Origin: an uncultured Spirochaetota bacterium
GTDB lineage: Bacteria > Spirochaetota > Spirochaetia > SZUA-6 > Fen-1364
Length of the DNA stretch: 64,000 nt
NCBI GenBank assembly: GCA_963781885.1
Contig: CAWAHW010000005.1
Location: forward strand, 192,001-256,000
Reading direction: 5' to 3'
Positions 11,406 through 20,377 of the stretch are shown here, in pieces; within the stretch, counting starts at the first letter, position 1, and every line of letters starts with the position of its first letter. The position numbers were made by a program, and so were the translations under genes. Under the pieces are notes generated by a model that worked only from the letters and a program-made list of their open reading frames with translations, did not search any database and was not told the origin of the DNA.

Positions 11406-12065
11406 ATGAGACTCCTCTGTATTGCCGATCACGTCGATCCCGTCATCTACAGCTCCGGCCTCAAGCAGCGCTACGGGAAGGTGGACCTTGTGCTGAGCGC
11501 GGGGGACCTGACGCTCGGGTACTACGATTTCATTGTGAGCACGCTGAACAAGCCCCTCCTGTTCGTCTTCGGCAATCACCACCTCGAGCAACGGCAGGCC
11601 TATCGCGCGAAATACGACCCTTTCCAGGGAAGGGACGCCCTGGAGCACAGCGTCGGCGCCACGTGCCTGGAGGGCAAGGTCATGCGGGTCGCCGGGCTCA
11701 CGCTTGCGGGGCTGGGGGGAAGCATCTGGTACAATGGCGGGGAGAACCAGTACACCGACGTCGGCATGTTCCTGACCATGCTCCGCCTCATCCCGGGCAT
11801 GCTCTGGCACCGTGTCTTTCACGGCAGATTCCTCGACGTCCTCCTCACCCATTCGCCGCCCTATGGCATCAACGATCTCCCGGATCCCTGTCACACGGGG
11901 TTTCGCGTCCTCCTCTGGTTCATGCGGACCTTCAAGCCGCGCTACCTCATCCATGGCCACGTCCATCTCTACGACCGCAACGCGTCGCGGGAAGCCCGCT
12001 ACGCGGCGACGACCATCATCAATGCGTACGACCACATCGTCCTCGACCTGGAGAAAGCGCCATGA
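11406..12065 (+). CDS. Calcineurin-like metallophosphoesterase
   Basis: ADH, AGD, GNH, THSPP and HGHVH motifs. Confidence 0.9.
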   Translation: MRLLCIADHVDPVIYSSGLKQRYGKVDLVLSAGDLTLGYYDFIVSTLNKPLLFVFGNHHLEQRQAYRAKYDPFQGRDALEHSVGATCLEGKVMRVAGLTLAGLGGSIWYNGGENQYTDVGMFLTMLRLIPGMLWHRVFHGRFLDVLLTHSPPYGINDLPDPCHTGFRVLLWFMRTFKPRYLIHGHVHLYDRNASREARYAATTIINAYDHIVLDLEKAP

Positions 12066-12991
12066 ACGACACCCTGTACACCTCGATGGCCCGCACGGAC
12101 TTCGGTCGGCTGCGGACGCGCGAAACCCTCATGCGCATCGTGTCGCTCTTCAAGGCGCAGCGCGACGAGATGCTTTCCCTGGGGGACGTCCGCTCCATCC
12201 TGCGGCCCGCCTCCGAGACCTACCGGGGAATGCGGACGGTGCCCATCGACAAGATCGTGGGGAGCGAGGGGCGGTTCAAGGACTTTAACAAGGCCTTCCT
12301 GCCGCGGCACGACAAGATGGCGCGCCGCTGGATGCGCGTCGATATGGCCCACTACCAGAACGTCGTGCTGCCGCCCATCAGCGTCTTCGAGATCGGCGGC
12401 GTCTACTTCGTGCGCGACGGCAACCATCGCGTGTCGGTGGCAAAGTCGCAGGGCGCCGAGTTCATCGACGCGGAGGTCGTCTCCCTCGCGTCGAAAATCG
12501 CCCTCACGCCCGCCATGAGCCGGGAGGAGATGAAGCGCGCCGTCGTCGCCTTCGAGAGGAGGAGCTTCTTCGAGGAAACGCATCTGGACAGGCTCCGCCC
12601 CGATTGCGACATTTCGTTCACCGAGGTGGGCCGCTACGACGAGCTCCTGACGCACATCCGCGAGCATAAGTGGTACATCAATTTGAAAAAGGCGGAGGAG
12701 ATCCCCTTCGACAAGGCCGCGCTGTCCTGGTACGACAACGTCTATTTCCCGATTGTCCGCATCGTGCGCGAATCGCGGGTGCTCGCCCGGTTTCCGCGGG
12801 CCACCGAGGCGGACCTCTACGTGTACGTGGGTCGTCATTGGAGCGAGCTCATCAAGCGCTACGGACCGCTTTTCACGCTGGAAGAGGCGGCGGAGGACTT
12901 CACGATCCCGCCGCGCGCGCACGGGTTCGTCACAGCGCTGGGGTCCGCGGCCGGCCGGGTGGCCGCGCTGTTCAGGCGCCGCGGCGGCTAG
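12062..12991 (+). CDS. ParB/Srx-like domain protein (DUF4032-type)
   Basis: VPIDKIVGS...YFVRDGNHRVS motif; ATGA overlap with the upstream gene. Confidence 0.75.
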   Translation: MNDTLYTSMARTDFGRLRTRETLMRIVSLFKAQRDEMLSLGDVRSILRPASETYRGMRTVPIDKIVGSEGRFKDFNKAFLPRHDKMARRWMRVDMAHYQNVVLPPISVFEIGGVYFVRDGNHRVSVAKSQGAEFIDAEVVSLASKIALTPAMSREEMKRAVVAFERRSFFEETHLDRLRPDCDISFTEVGRYDELLTHIREHKWYINLKKAEEIPFDKAALSWYDNVYFPIVRIVRESRVLARFPRATEADLYVYVGRHWSELIKRYGPLFTLEEAAEDFTIPPRAHGFVTALGSAAGRVAALFRRRGG

Positions 12992-13362
12992 GCGCCCCGG
13001 ATGAAGGCGGCGTAGGCGTCCTCGTCCAGGAGCAGATCGAGCTCCATGGGATCCGACATCTCGATCGCGAAGAGCCAGCCGTCGCCCAGCGGGTCGCGGT
13101 TGACGAGGATGTAGTTCTCCTCCGCGGAGAGCGCGGCATTCACCTCCACGATGGTGCCCGTGACGGGGGCGTAGATCTCGCTGGAGGATTTCAGGGAATC
13201 GACCGTGCAGGCCACGTCGCCGCGCTGAACGGCCGTGCCGGCGGCGGGAAGCTCGATGTAGGCGATTTCGCCCAGCTCGCCCTGCGCGAAGTCGGAGATG
13301 CCCACCCGCGCGCGCGTGCCGTCCACGGCGATCCAGGTGTGATCCTTCGAATAGCGCCGCAT
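12988..13362 (-). CDS. gcvH: Glycine cleavage system H protein (lipoyl carrier)
   Basis: YSKDHTW, GISDFAQGELGEI, lipoyl-Lys in DSLKSSSEIYAPVTG, NRDPLGDGWL. Confidence 0.92.
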   Translation of the reverse strand: MRRYSKDHTWIAVDGTRARVGISDFAQGELGEIAYIELPAAGTAVQRGDVACTVDSLKSSSEIYAPVTGTIVEVNAALSAEENYILVNRDPLGDGWLFAIEMSDPMELDLLLDEDAYAAFIRGA

Positions 13363-13374
13363 GCCTGCCCCTCC

Positions 13375-15846
13375 TCAGTCCAGAAGCGGGTTGGCGCCGG
13401 GCGCCGCGGCCGTGCCGGTGTTGTCGGGGGCTGGCGTCCCCTGATCGGTCGCGGGGGGGGTGTCGAACGTGCTCCCCAGCGAGTTGCGCAGGTTGTCCAG
13501 CGTCTCGTTCGTCTGGTCGGCGTTGTACTGCTCGATCTCGTCGAATGTCTTCGGCTCGGTGCCGGTGAGGAAGATCTCCGTGATCTTTTTTGTCGTCGCA
13601 GCCGTGGGGAGGAGCCCGCTCACGGCGCTCACCTGGACGCTCACGAGACCCGTTTCCGGCTTGGCAAACTGGCGGATGGGAAGGTCCTTGTGGATGATCT
13701 TGTTGTACTGACCCCACACCGGGCCCGCCTTCAGCCCGCCCGTGATGGACGTGCCCATCGAGGTGTTGCCGTCGTCAAAACCGAAGTACAGCGCCGTGGT
13801 CACGTACGGCGAGAATCCCACGGTCCACGCATCTTCCCAGTTCTGCGTCGTCCCGCTCTTGCCCGCAAAGGGCTGCGCCTTGTCGTTCCAGATGTCGAGC
13901 ACCTGGCCGGCTCCCGTGAGCGTTCCCTCGCGGAGCGTGCTCTGCAGGATGCTCGTCATGATGTAGGCGGTCTGCGGGCTCATGACCTGCGCGGCATCGC
14001 CTTTGCGGTTCTCCATCGCGAGGGCTTCCTTGGCAGGCTCCAGGATGACCTTGCCGTCGCGGTCTTCAATGTAGCGGATGGCGACCGGCTCCACCTCCCT
14101 GCCGCCGTTGGCAAAAATCGAGTACGCGCGCGCCATTTCCAGCGGGCTCACGTAGGTCACGCCGAGCCCGAGCGGGTAGTACCGGGGGAAGCGCTTGTCG
14201 ATCTCCGCCGGGTCCGTCACGCCGAGCATCCGGCTGGCCCTCTGGATGGCGGCGTCGAAGCCGATGCCGTCGAGAATCTTGAGCGACGGGACGTTCATGG
14301 ATTCCGCGAGCGCGTTGCGGAGGAGAACCCTGCCGTGCCACGTGCCCTGGTAGTTCTGGGGCTCGTAGGTCGTGCCGTCCGCCTTCGTGAAGATCACCGG
14401 CGCGTCCAGGATCATGCTCGCGGCGGTGAACTTGCGCGAGTCGATGGCCGCGGAATAGTACAGGGGTTTGAAGGTGGACCCCGGCTGCACCCGTGACTGC
14501 GAGGCGCGGTTGAACTGGTCGCCGCGGGAGAACTGCCGCCCGCCGACCATGGCGAGGATGTAGCCATTGCCGGGATCCATGGAGACGAGCGCCCCCTGGA
14601 TCTGCGTCTTGCGCGTTACGGCGAGCGACGTGTCGATGCCGGCCGAGACGATGTCCTCCGCCTTTGTCAGGCCGAACAGGGACGAGACGATCTCCACCAC
14701 CGGGGCGATGTTCGTGGAGTATTCGCGCTTCGCATTGCCCGTCGCGTTGCGGTTGCGGATCATCAGGTCGTCGATGTCGAACGTGAAACCCAGCATGTCC
14801 ACGAGGGGGAGGAAAAGGCTGTTCGTGGAGGCGAGCTTCGTGCCCGCCGTCTTCAGGTACGTGTCGTTGACGTCGTCGATACCCTTCGCCATCTGGTCAT
14901 CGGCCGCTTTCTGGTAGTCGAGATTGAGCGTCGTGTGGACCACCAGGCCGTCCTTCAGGTAGTCATAGCCGCCCACGAGCAGGTCATCGAGCTTGCTCCG
15001 CACGTATTCGCTGAAATACGGCGCCTTGTCCTCACGGTCGAGGAAGGCGCTGGAGTTCGCGCGGGTGAAATCGTACTTGTCCCAGAACTCATTGTAGGAA
15101 TCGTCCGCCTGCTTCCGCGTCACGTACCCCAGCCGCACCATGCTGTCCAGCGTGTCCTTCTGGAGCTTGCGGGCGCGCTGGGGGTTGCGGATGGGCGAGT
15201 TGGCCGTGGGGCTGGAGAGCTGCACGACGAGCATGACCGATTCTGCCAGGGTGTCATTCCAGACGTCGTGCTTGAAGAAGAACTTGCTGGCGGCCTGAAC
15301 GCCGACGTTGCCGTGTCCGAAGGGCATCTCGTTGAGATACATCTCCAGTATCTCGTCCTTGGTGTAGCGCCTTTCCATCTGGACGGCCCACCAGAGCTCC
15401 GCGAGCTTGCGCTTGATCGTGATATCGCGCCGCGCCTGATGCAGCTGGCCCGCGAGCTCCTGCGTGATGGTGCTGCCACCGGAGACGTATCGCCCGGTGG
15501 CGATGTTGAAGCCGGCGCGCAGCAGGCCTTTGATATCGAAACCGTGGTGATGGTAGAAGTTCCTGTCCTCGCGCGTGACCACGGCGTCCTGCAGGTACTT
15601 CGGGATCTGGTCGATCGTCACCGGCTCCCTGTTCTGGTCGCCGAAGAACTCTGTGATCTCACGATCGTTGATATCGAGGATTTTCGTGGGCAGCACCGCC
15701 GCCGGATCGCTGAACTGCTCCATGGCGGAGGCGTTGTGCGTTGCGGCAAGGGCAAAACCAAGCAGAACACCCAGGACGATGGCAACCGCGAAGGACGAAA
15801 TCAGAAGGATTTCAAAAACAGATCTCTTTTTCGGGCGTGGTCGCAC
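13375..15846 (-). CDS. mrcA: Class A penicillin-binding protein 1A
   Basis: Transglycosylase motifs EDRNFYHHHG and GGSTITQ; transpeptidase motifs STFK, SMN, KSG; N-terminal TM; GTG start at 15846. Confidence 0.93.
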   Translation of the reverse strand: MRPRPKKRSVFEILLISSFAVAIVLGVLLGFALAATHNASAMEQFSDPAAVLPTKILDINDREITEFFGDQNREPVTIDQIPKYLQDAVVTREDRNFYHHHGFDIKGLLRAGFNIATGRYVSGGSTITQELAGQLHQARRDITIKRKLAELWWAVQMERRYTKDEILEMYLNEMPFGHGNVGVQAASKFFFKHDVWNDTLAESVMLVVQLSSPTANSPIRNPQRARKLQKDTLDSMVRLGYVTRKQADDSYNEFWDKYDFTRANSSAFLDREDKAPYFSEYVRSKLDDLLVGGYDYLKDGLVVHTTLNLDYQKAADDQMAKGIDDVNDTYLKTAGTKLASTNSLFLPLVDMLGFTFDIDDLMIRNRNATGNAKREYSTNIAPVVEIVSSLFGLTKAEDIVSAGIDTSLAVTRKTQIQGALVSMDPGNGYILAMVGGRQFSRGDQFNRASQSRVQPGSTFKPLYYSAAIDSRKFTAASMILDAPVIFTKADGTTYEPQNYQGTWHGRVLLRNALAESMNVPSLKILDGIGFDAAIQRASRMLGVTDPAEIDKRFPRYYPLGLGVTYVSPLEMARAYSIFANGGREVEPVAIRYIEDRDGKVILEPAKEALAMENRKGDAAQVMSPQTAYIMTSILQSTLREGTLTGAGQVLDIWNDKAQPFAGKSGTTQNWEDAWTVGFSPYVTTALYFGFDDGNTSMGTSITGGLKAGPVWGQYNKIIHKDLPIRQFAKPETGLVSVQVSAVSGLLPTAATTKKITEIFLTGTEPKTFDEIEQYNADQTNETLDNLRNSLGSTFDTPPATDQGTPAPDNTGTAAAPGANPLLD

Positions 15847-15852
15847 AAAAAA

Positions 15853-15881
15853 AGGATACGGGTGGGGGGAGGCTTTGTCAA
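15853..15881 (-). promoter_or_regulatory. Sigma70 promoter for PBP1A (leaderless)
   Basis: TTGACA-N17-TATCCT ending 6 nt before the GTG start. Confidence 0.65.
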
Positions 15882-15910
15882 CGGGTGGCGTTGCGCGGCA
15901 GGGCGTCGGC

Positions 15911-15944
15911 AAAAAAAGAGGCCGGCTCCCGAAGGCGCCGGCCT
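15911..15944 (-). terminator. Rho-independent terminator
   Basis: AGGCCGGCGCC-TTCG-GGAGCCGGCCT hairpin followed by CTTTTTTT on the minus strand. Confidence 0.85.
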
Positions 15945-16008
15945 ACCTGGTGTGGTGTCTTCCGACATAGTAAACTGGGAGGGGAACTATATCTTGGACA
16001 CCAACACC
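15911..16008 (-). ncRNA. Candidate small RNA (~98 nt) with a C-rich anti-SD apical loop
   Basis: Long hairpin GGTG/CACC, TGGTGTC/GACACCA, GATATAGT/ACTATGTC with loop TCCCCTCCCAGTTT; bounded by a promoter-like element and a terminator. Confidence 0.55.
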
Positions 16009-16012
16009 TTTC

Positions 16013-16041
16013 TTATCGTCACCCGATTACCCTAAACTTTA
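16013..16041 (-). promoter_or_regulatory. Sigma28 (FliA)-like promoter
   Basis: TAAAGTTT-N13-GACGATAA versus consensus TAAAGTTT-N11-GCCGATAA; spacer 2 nt longer than canonical. Confidence 0.45.
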
Positions 16042-16058
16042 GCCCAATATCGCCCTCA

Positions 16059-16985
16059 TCACGCTTTTACGCGGATGAGCTGCAGCGGATCGGTGGTCCC
16101 CTTCTTTGTCAGCACCTCGAAATGAAGGTGGGGGCCAGTCGCGCGCCCCGTGTGCCCGACGGCGCCGATCAAGGCGCCGGTACTCACCGCCTGATGAATA
16201 GTAGCACTTATGACCGACAAGTGTCCATAGACAGTTTGGTAGCCTCCGGGGTGCGTGATGACGATGAAGTTGCCCAGAACGTCGTTCCTTCCCACTTCTT
16301 CGACGACACCTTCCCGCGCCGCGTAGACCGGTGTGCCTTCCGCGGCCCCTATGTCGACGCCGGTATGGAACTCCGGGCTGCCGGTGAAGGGATCGCTCCG
16401 CCAGCCGTACATCGAGGTGATATGTCCGTGGTCGATAGGCGTGCGGTAGAGGATGAGCAGAAAAAAGGCCCTTTCGACACTCGAAAATGATTCAGCGGGG
16501 AAAAAATAGACCTGTTCCTGCCTGCCTCCCCGGGTCACGACAAGCGGGACAGGCTTTTTTCCCGCAGCCAGCCGGGTGGAAAGCACCATGTTCTCGAGGT
16601 CGCCCCGGGGCGGGTTATTGACGAAAAGGCCGTCCTCGCTCGGGATCAGTATCGTCGCAAGGGCATTGAACGCGTCCTTGTTTCCGGCGCCGTTCAGCGA
16701 GGCAAGCGACTCATAGCGGAGCCCGAGCCTCGCGTTCAGCGAGAAAAGGTCCTCGTTCTGCCGCTTCGCGTAGGCGAAAATGCTGAGAGCGGGAAACGTC
16801 GGGGGCTCGGGGCTGTGCGCTTCCGCGAGGCGGCGGAAATCGTCCAGCTCGGCCTGCTGCTGCACGAACAGCGCGTCATCATGGCTGAGGACCCTGAGCT
16901 CAGGGTACGTCGGCGAGGCCCCGACCGCGATGCCAGGGAGGCAGAAGAGCGCGCAGAGGGCCATCAAGGAGGCGACGTACTTCAC
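16059..16985 (-). CDS. M23 family metallopeptidase
   Basis: Signal peptide; HTGVD, YGHL and HLHFE zinc motifs. Confidence 0.9.
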   Translation of the reverse strand: MKYVASLMALCALFCLPGIAVGASPTYPELRVLSHDDALFVQQQAELDDFRRLAEAHSPEPPTFPALSIFAYAKRQNEDLFSLNARLGLRYESLASLNGAGNKDAFNALATILIPSEDGLFVNNPPRGDLENMVLSTRLAAGKKPVPLVVTRGGRQEQVYFFPAESFSSVERAFFLLILYRTPIDHGHITSMYGWRSDPFTGSPEFHTGVDIGAAEGTPVYAAREGVVEEVGRNDVLGNFIVITHPGGYQTVYGHLSVISATIHQAVSTGALIGAVGHTGRATGPHLHFEVLTKKGTTDPLQLIRVKA

Positions 16986-17452
16986 TCAATGCCATTTTCG
17001 GCAGGAATGCGTTGTTGCTTTCGCGGATTGAGCGCCCCCCGCGCGCGGCCCAGCAGCCAGAGAACGCCCATCCAGAGGAGCGCGCCGGGCACGGCGAATA
17101 TCCAGATGCCGCGGACAAAGAGCACGAGGAGGCCGTAGATGCCGCCCAGCGCCACAAGCGCGATCAGCACGGCGAGGCCTGCCCTCAGCGCGGACCGCAG
17201 GGGACGGCCGGGATCGCGGCGCGTGCGCCGCGCGCGGAGTATCGATCGGATCACGAGGAAAAAAAGGCCCGCGGCTGCAAGGGCGAGCACAAGCAGCGTA
17301 TAGGTTTCCCGCCGCGAGGTCGCCAGGAGCCAGAGCGGCCAGGCGATGAGGAAACCCAGCGCAGCGCTGCCGGCCAGGAGACCGAGAAAGAAGCCGACCT
17401 TCCGTGCCGCCTCGCCCGCGGCGGCAAGCGATGCGCGAAACCCGCCCTTCAC
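16982..17452 (-). CDS. Hypothetical membrane protein (4 TM)
   Basis: Four hydrophobic segments; start/stop overlaps with both neighbours. Confidence 0.7.
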   Translation of the reverse strand: MKGGFRASLAAAGEAARKVGFFLGLLAGSAALGFLIAWPLWLLATSRRETYTLLVLALAAAGLFFLVIRSILRARRTRRDPGRPLRSALRAGLAVLIALVALGGIYGLLVLFVRGIWIFAVPGALLWMGVLWLLGRARGALNPRKQQRIPAENGIE

Positions 17453-18366
17453 GGCGTGTCCAGCTCCGCGAGGCTCTTGCGGTAGGTGTCTGCATCCGCC
17501 GTGCGGCCCAGAGCGTCCGCCGCGGCAACAAGACCCGTCAGCGCCTTTTTCATGTCGGCCTTGATCCCGAGCGTCGTGAAGACCAGGTACGCCCTCTGGT
17601 AGTAGTCGAAGGCGGCTGCGGTGTCGCCCTTTTTCGTGGAGATCAGGCCCAGCGCGTAGAGATCCCCGGCGATGGCGCGTGAGCTCTCGATCTGCTTGTC
17701 CAGGCTGAGGGCGAGGGTGGCGTTCTTGAGGGCGTCGTCGTAGCGGCCCGCCAGCGAGTGCACGGAGGCGATCATGTAGTAGTCGGAGGCAGCCTGCTCG
17801 GTGAGCTTGCCGGCAAGGTCCAGGTCGAGCGCCTTGCCGTAGTATTCCAGGGCCTTGGCGGGATCGGAGAGATTCTTCGCGGCCGTGCCCAGATCGTGAT
17901 AGAGGATGGCCGTCTGCGCCGGCGTGCGGGAGCCTGCCGGCATGGCGAGGGCTTTCTCAAACGTCGCCCGCGCGCTGTCCGCGTTGCCCTTTGAGAGGTA
18001 CAGCTCCCCGAGATTCAGCGTCGTGACAAAAAGCAGGTCCGGCTTTGCCCCCTCGGCGAGCTCCCGCGCCCGGGTGAGGATGTCCTCCGCCATCGAAAGA
18101 GCGCCCATGGAGATATAGGTCTTTCCCAGCGCATTGTAGACGTCGATCACGCCTTCCGTGTCGTCGATGGAGGTGTATTCCCCGAGGGAGAGGGTGAAGA
18201 ACTGCACCGCAAGCTCGTAACGGCCCTGCCGGTAGTATCCGTCACCCGTCGCCGCATCCTGCGCGGCCTGGTTCTTCGTCGTGCTCACGGTGTCCGATTT
18301 CTTCGGCGGGGTGGAACAGGAGAGCACGATGAGGCAGCAGCCGAGCGCCGCGACCGCCTTCCGCAT
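17449..18366 (-). CDS. TPR lipoprotein
   Basis: Lipobox VLSC, TPR repeats. Confidence 0.85.
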   Translation of the reverse strand: MRKAVAALGCCLIVLSCSTPPKKSDTVSTTKNQAAQDAATGDGYYRQGRYELAVQFFTLSLGEYTSIDDTEGVIDVYNALGKTYISMGALSMAEDILTRARELAEGAKPDLLFVTTLNLGELYLSKGNADSARATFEKALAMPAGSRTPAQTAILYHDLGTAAKNLSDPAKALEYYGKALDLDLAGKLTEQAASDYYMIASVHSLAGRYDDALKNATLALSLDKQIESSRAIAGDLYALGLISTKKGDTAAAFDYYQRAYLVFTTLGIKADMKKALTGLVAAADALGRTADADTYRKSLAELDTP

Positions 18367-19493
18367 CAAAAGTTCTCGTCCCGGTAGCTTGAAACCGGTG
18401 CAGTCGGCGGAGCCGCCTGCGGCACGCCGCCCTTGAGGAGCGGATTGTTCTTCGCCGCTTCCAGAACGTCCTTGGCGGAGTCGAGGGTGTCGCTGCCCTT
18501 TTCCAGGATGCTGGAGACCTGCGGCCGGGAGCCATTCACGAAATCGACGAAGCTGCGGATCTGCGTGATGATGCCGTTGACGTTCTTCACCGCGGTATCC
18601 ACCTGGGTGTACAGCTCGTTGGAGTCGTTCAGGAACGTGTCCACTGAGCCCTTCGGATCCAGCAACCTCGTGGCAAGACCCTGCGTGTTGGAGAGCTGGC
18701 TCGTCATGGTTTTCAGGTTCTGCGAGATCACGTCGAGATTCGTCGACAGGTCGCCGATGACGCCGCGTGTCTTGACCGAAATATCGTTGAGATTGTCGGA
18801 GATGGCCGACAGCTTGTCCACGAGCGCGTCGATCTTCCCGTTGATGTCGCCCACGGCATTGTTCACCTTTGTCGGCGTCGCGGCGAATCCCGTGATCATT
18901 GTGCCGACGGGCCCACCGGTGCCGGTGAAGGCGACGTTGATGGACGTCGCCACCTTGCGGATCTCCAGGATGGCCGCCCGCGCATCGTCGAGCGCCGGGT
19001 TGAGCTTTGCGATCACCGAGCCGATGACGTCCGCGTCCTTAGGGATCTCCACCTTGCCGTCGACGACGAGCTGACGGCCTTCTGGCGTGTCATAGCTGGG
19101 GATGTAGGAGCCTTCAGCGAGGGGGGGCAAACTGTTGAGACCCGGGTGGAACTTCATCGTTGTGCCGAGGCCGATGGCGCTGGAGGTGAGCTCCAGGATC
19201 GAATCCGGCTTCACGCGGTCGTAGTAGGTGTCCTCGACGTAGAAGCGCACGTCGACATCGTTGTTCTCATTGAGGGTGATGCGAGTGATCCTGCCGATCT
19301 CGAAGCCCTTGAGGCTGATCGGCATTCCCTCCGAGATACCCGCGCCGGAGGAGAACTTGCTCGTGAACCAGTAGTTGCGCGCGAACCAGCGCTGGTTGAT
19401 CCCGATGAAAATCAGGATGGCCGCGGCGCCGAGTATGGCCAGGAGGAGGAAGAAACCTACGATCTGTTCGGAGAATCGGATCTTGAACCTCAT
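18366..19493 (-). CDS. mlaD: MlaD/MCE family protein
   Basis: N-terminal TM, MCE motif GISEGMPISLKGFEIGRI, long helical C-terminus. Confidence 0.88.
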   Translation of the reverse strand: MRFKIRFSEQIVGFFLLLAILGAAAILIFIGINQRWFARNYWFTSKFSSGAGISEGMPISLKGFEIGRITRITLNENNDVDVRFYVEDTYYDRVKPDSILELTSSAIGLGTTMKFHPGLNSLPPLAEGSYIPSYDTPEGRQLVVDGKVEIPKDADVIGSVIAKLNPALDDARAAILEIRKVATSINVAFTGTGGPVGTMITGFAATPTKVNNAVGDINGKIDALVDKLSAISDNLNDISVKTRGVIGDLSTNLDVISQNLKTMTSQLSNTQGLATRLLDPKGSVDTFLNDSNELYTQVDTAVKNVNGIITQIRSFVDFVNGSRPQVSSILEKGSDTLDSAKDVLEAAKNNPLLKGGVPQAAPPTAPVSSYRDENF

Positions 19494-19546
19494 CCCGGCA
19501 CCGATCCTATCCCGCCCTCTTGCACGCTGTCAATTCGATGCATTCT

Positions 19547-20377
19547 TCACCGCTCCCGTCCCCCGTCCTCTCCGTCGAGGAGCTGCAGGAGGTCCGTGTC
19601 GTAGCTGGCGATCTGGCCGAGGAGCTGCGAAAGGATGGCCCGCACGCGCGCGTTGCGCGATCCCTTGACCTCGTCGAAATCGCCGGCAGCGATCACCTGG
19701 CCCTCGTCCATCACGACGAGCCGGTCGGCAAGCTGTGCCGTGAGCTCGGGGTCGTGCGTGACGGCGATGATCGTGGCCCCGCGCGCTTTCAGCTCGCGGA
19801 TCATGGCGTTGACCTTCCCCGTCATGGCGTGGTCGATGGAAAGGGTGGGCTCGTCGAGGAAGAGGAGGGTGGGGTCCACGATGAGGGCGCGCAGGAAAGA
19901 GGCGATCTTGCGCTCGCCGCCGGAAAGCGCCGCCGGTCGCTCCGCCGCCGATTCCGCCAGACCCGCGTGCTCCAGGGAGTGGGCGACCTTCCTGTCGATC
20001 TCGTGCCGCGCAAGACCGGGGAAATGGATCTGCAGCGGCAGGGCGAGATTCTCATAGAGGGTCTTGTTCTCCCAGAGCGCCCCGTCCTGGAAGACGAAGC
20101 CGTTCGTTCGCCGCATCTCGAGTGCCGCGCGCTCCGACATCTGGAACACGTTCTTTCCCTTGAAGAACACCGCGCCGGCGTCGGCGGGGATGAGCCCCGC
20201 GGCGACCTTCAGGAGCGTGCTCTTGCCGCAGCCCGACGGCCCCATGATGACGGTGCTCTTGCCCGCGGCAAAGCCCGCGTTCACCCCCCGCAGCGCCGCG
20301 TAGCCGCCCAGCGTGAGATGCACGTCGCGCACCGAGATCAGCTCTTCCATACCCGTTCCATCGGCGTGCTCAGACAT
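19547..20377 (-). CDS. mlaF: ABC transporter ATPase, MlaF-like (alternative start 20350)
   Basis: GPSGCGKS, FQDGALW, LSGGE, FLDEPT, VTHD. Confidence 0.88.
   Translation of the reverse strand: MSEHADGTGMEELISVRDVHLTLGGYAALRGVNAGFAAGKSTVIMGPSGCGKSTLLKVAAGLIPADAGAVFFKGKNVFQMSERAALEMRRTNGFVFQDGALWENKTLYENLALPLQIHFPGLARHEIDRKVAHSLEHAGLAESAAERPAALSGGERKIASFLRALIVDPTLLFLDEPTLSIDHAMTGKVNAMIRELKARGATIIAVTHDPELTAQLADRLVVMDEGQVIAAGDFDEVKGSRNARVRAILSQLLGQIASYDTDLLQLLDGEDGGRER

Noticed and set aside
11324-12061. N-terminal extensions of ORF-track calls (e.g. 11324, 37502, 41668, 53976 starts)
   Set aside because: They overlap real upstream genes in another frame; true starts are the downstream ATG/GTG/TTG codons with stop-start overlaps
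15949-16008. SRP RNA, 6S RNA or tRNA identity for the hairpin
   Set aside because: Lacks the SRP domain IV GGAA tetraloop motif, is too short for 6S, and has no cloverleaf
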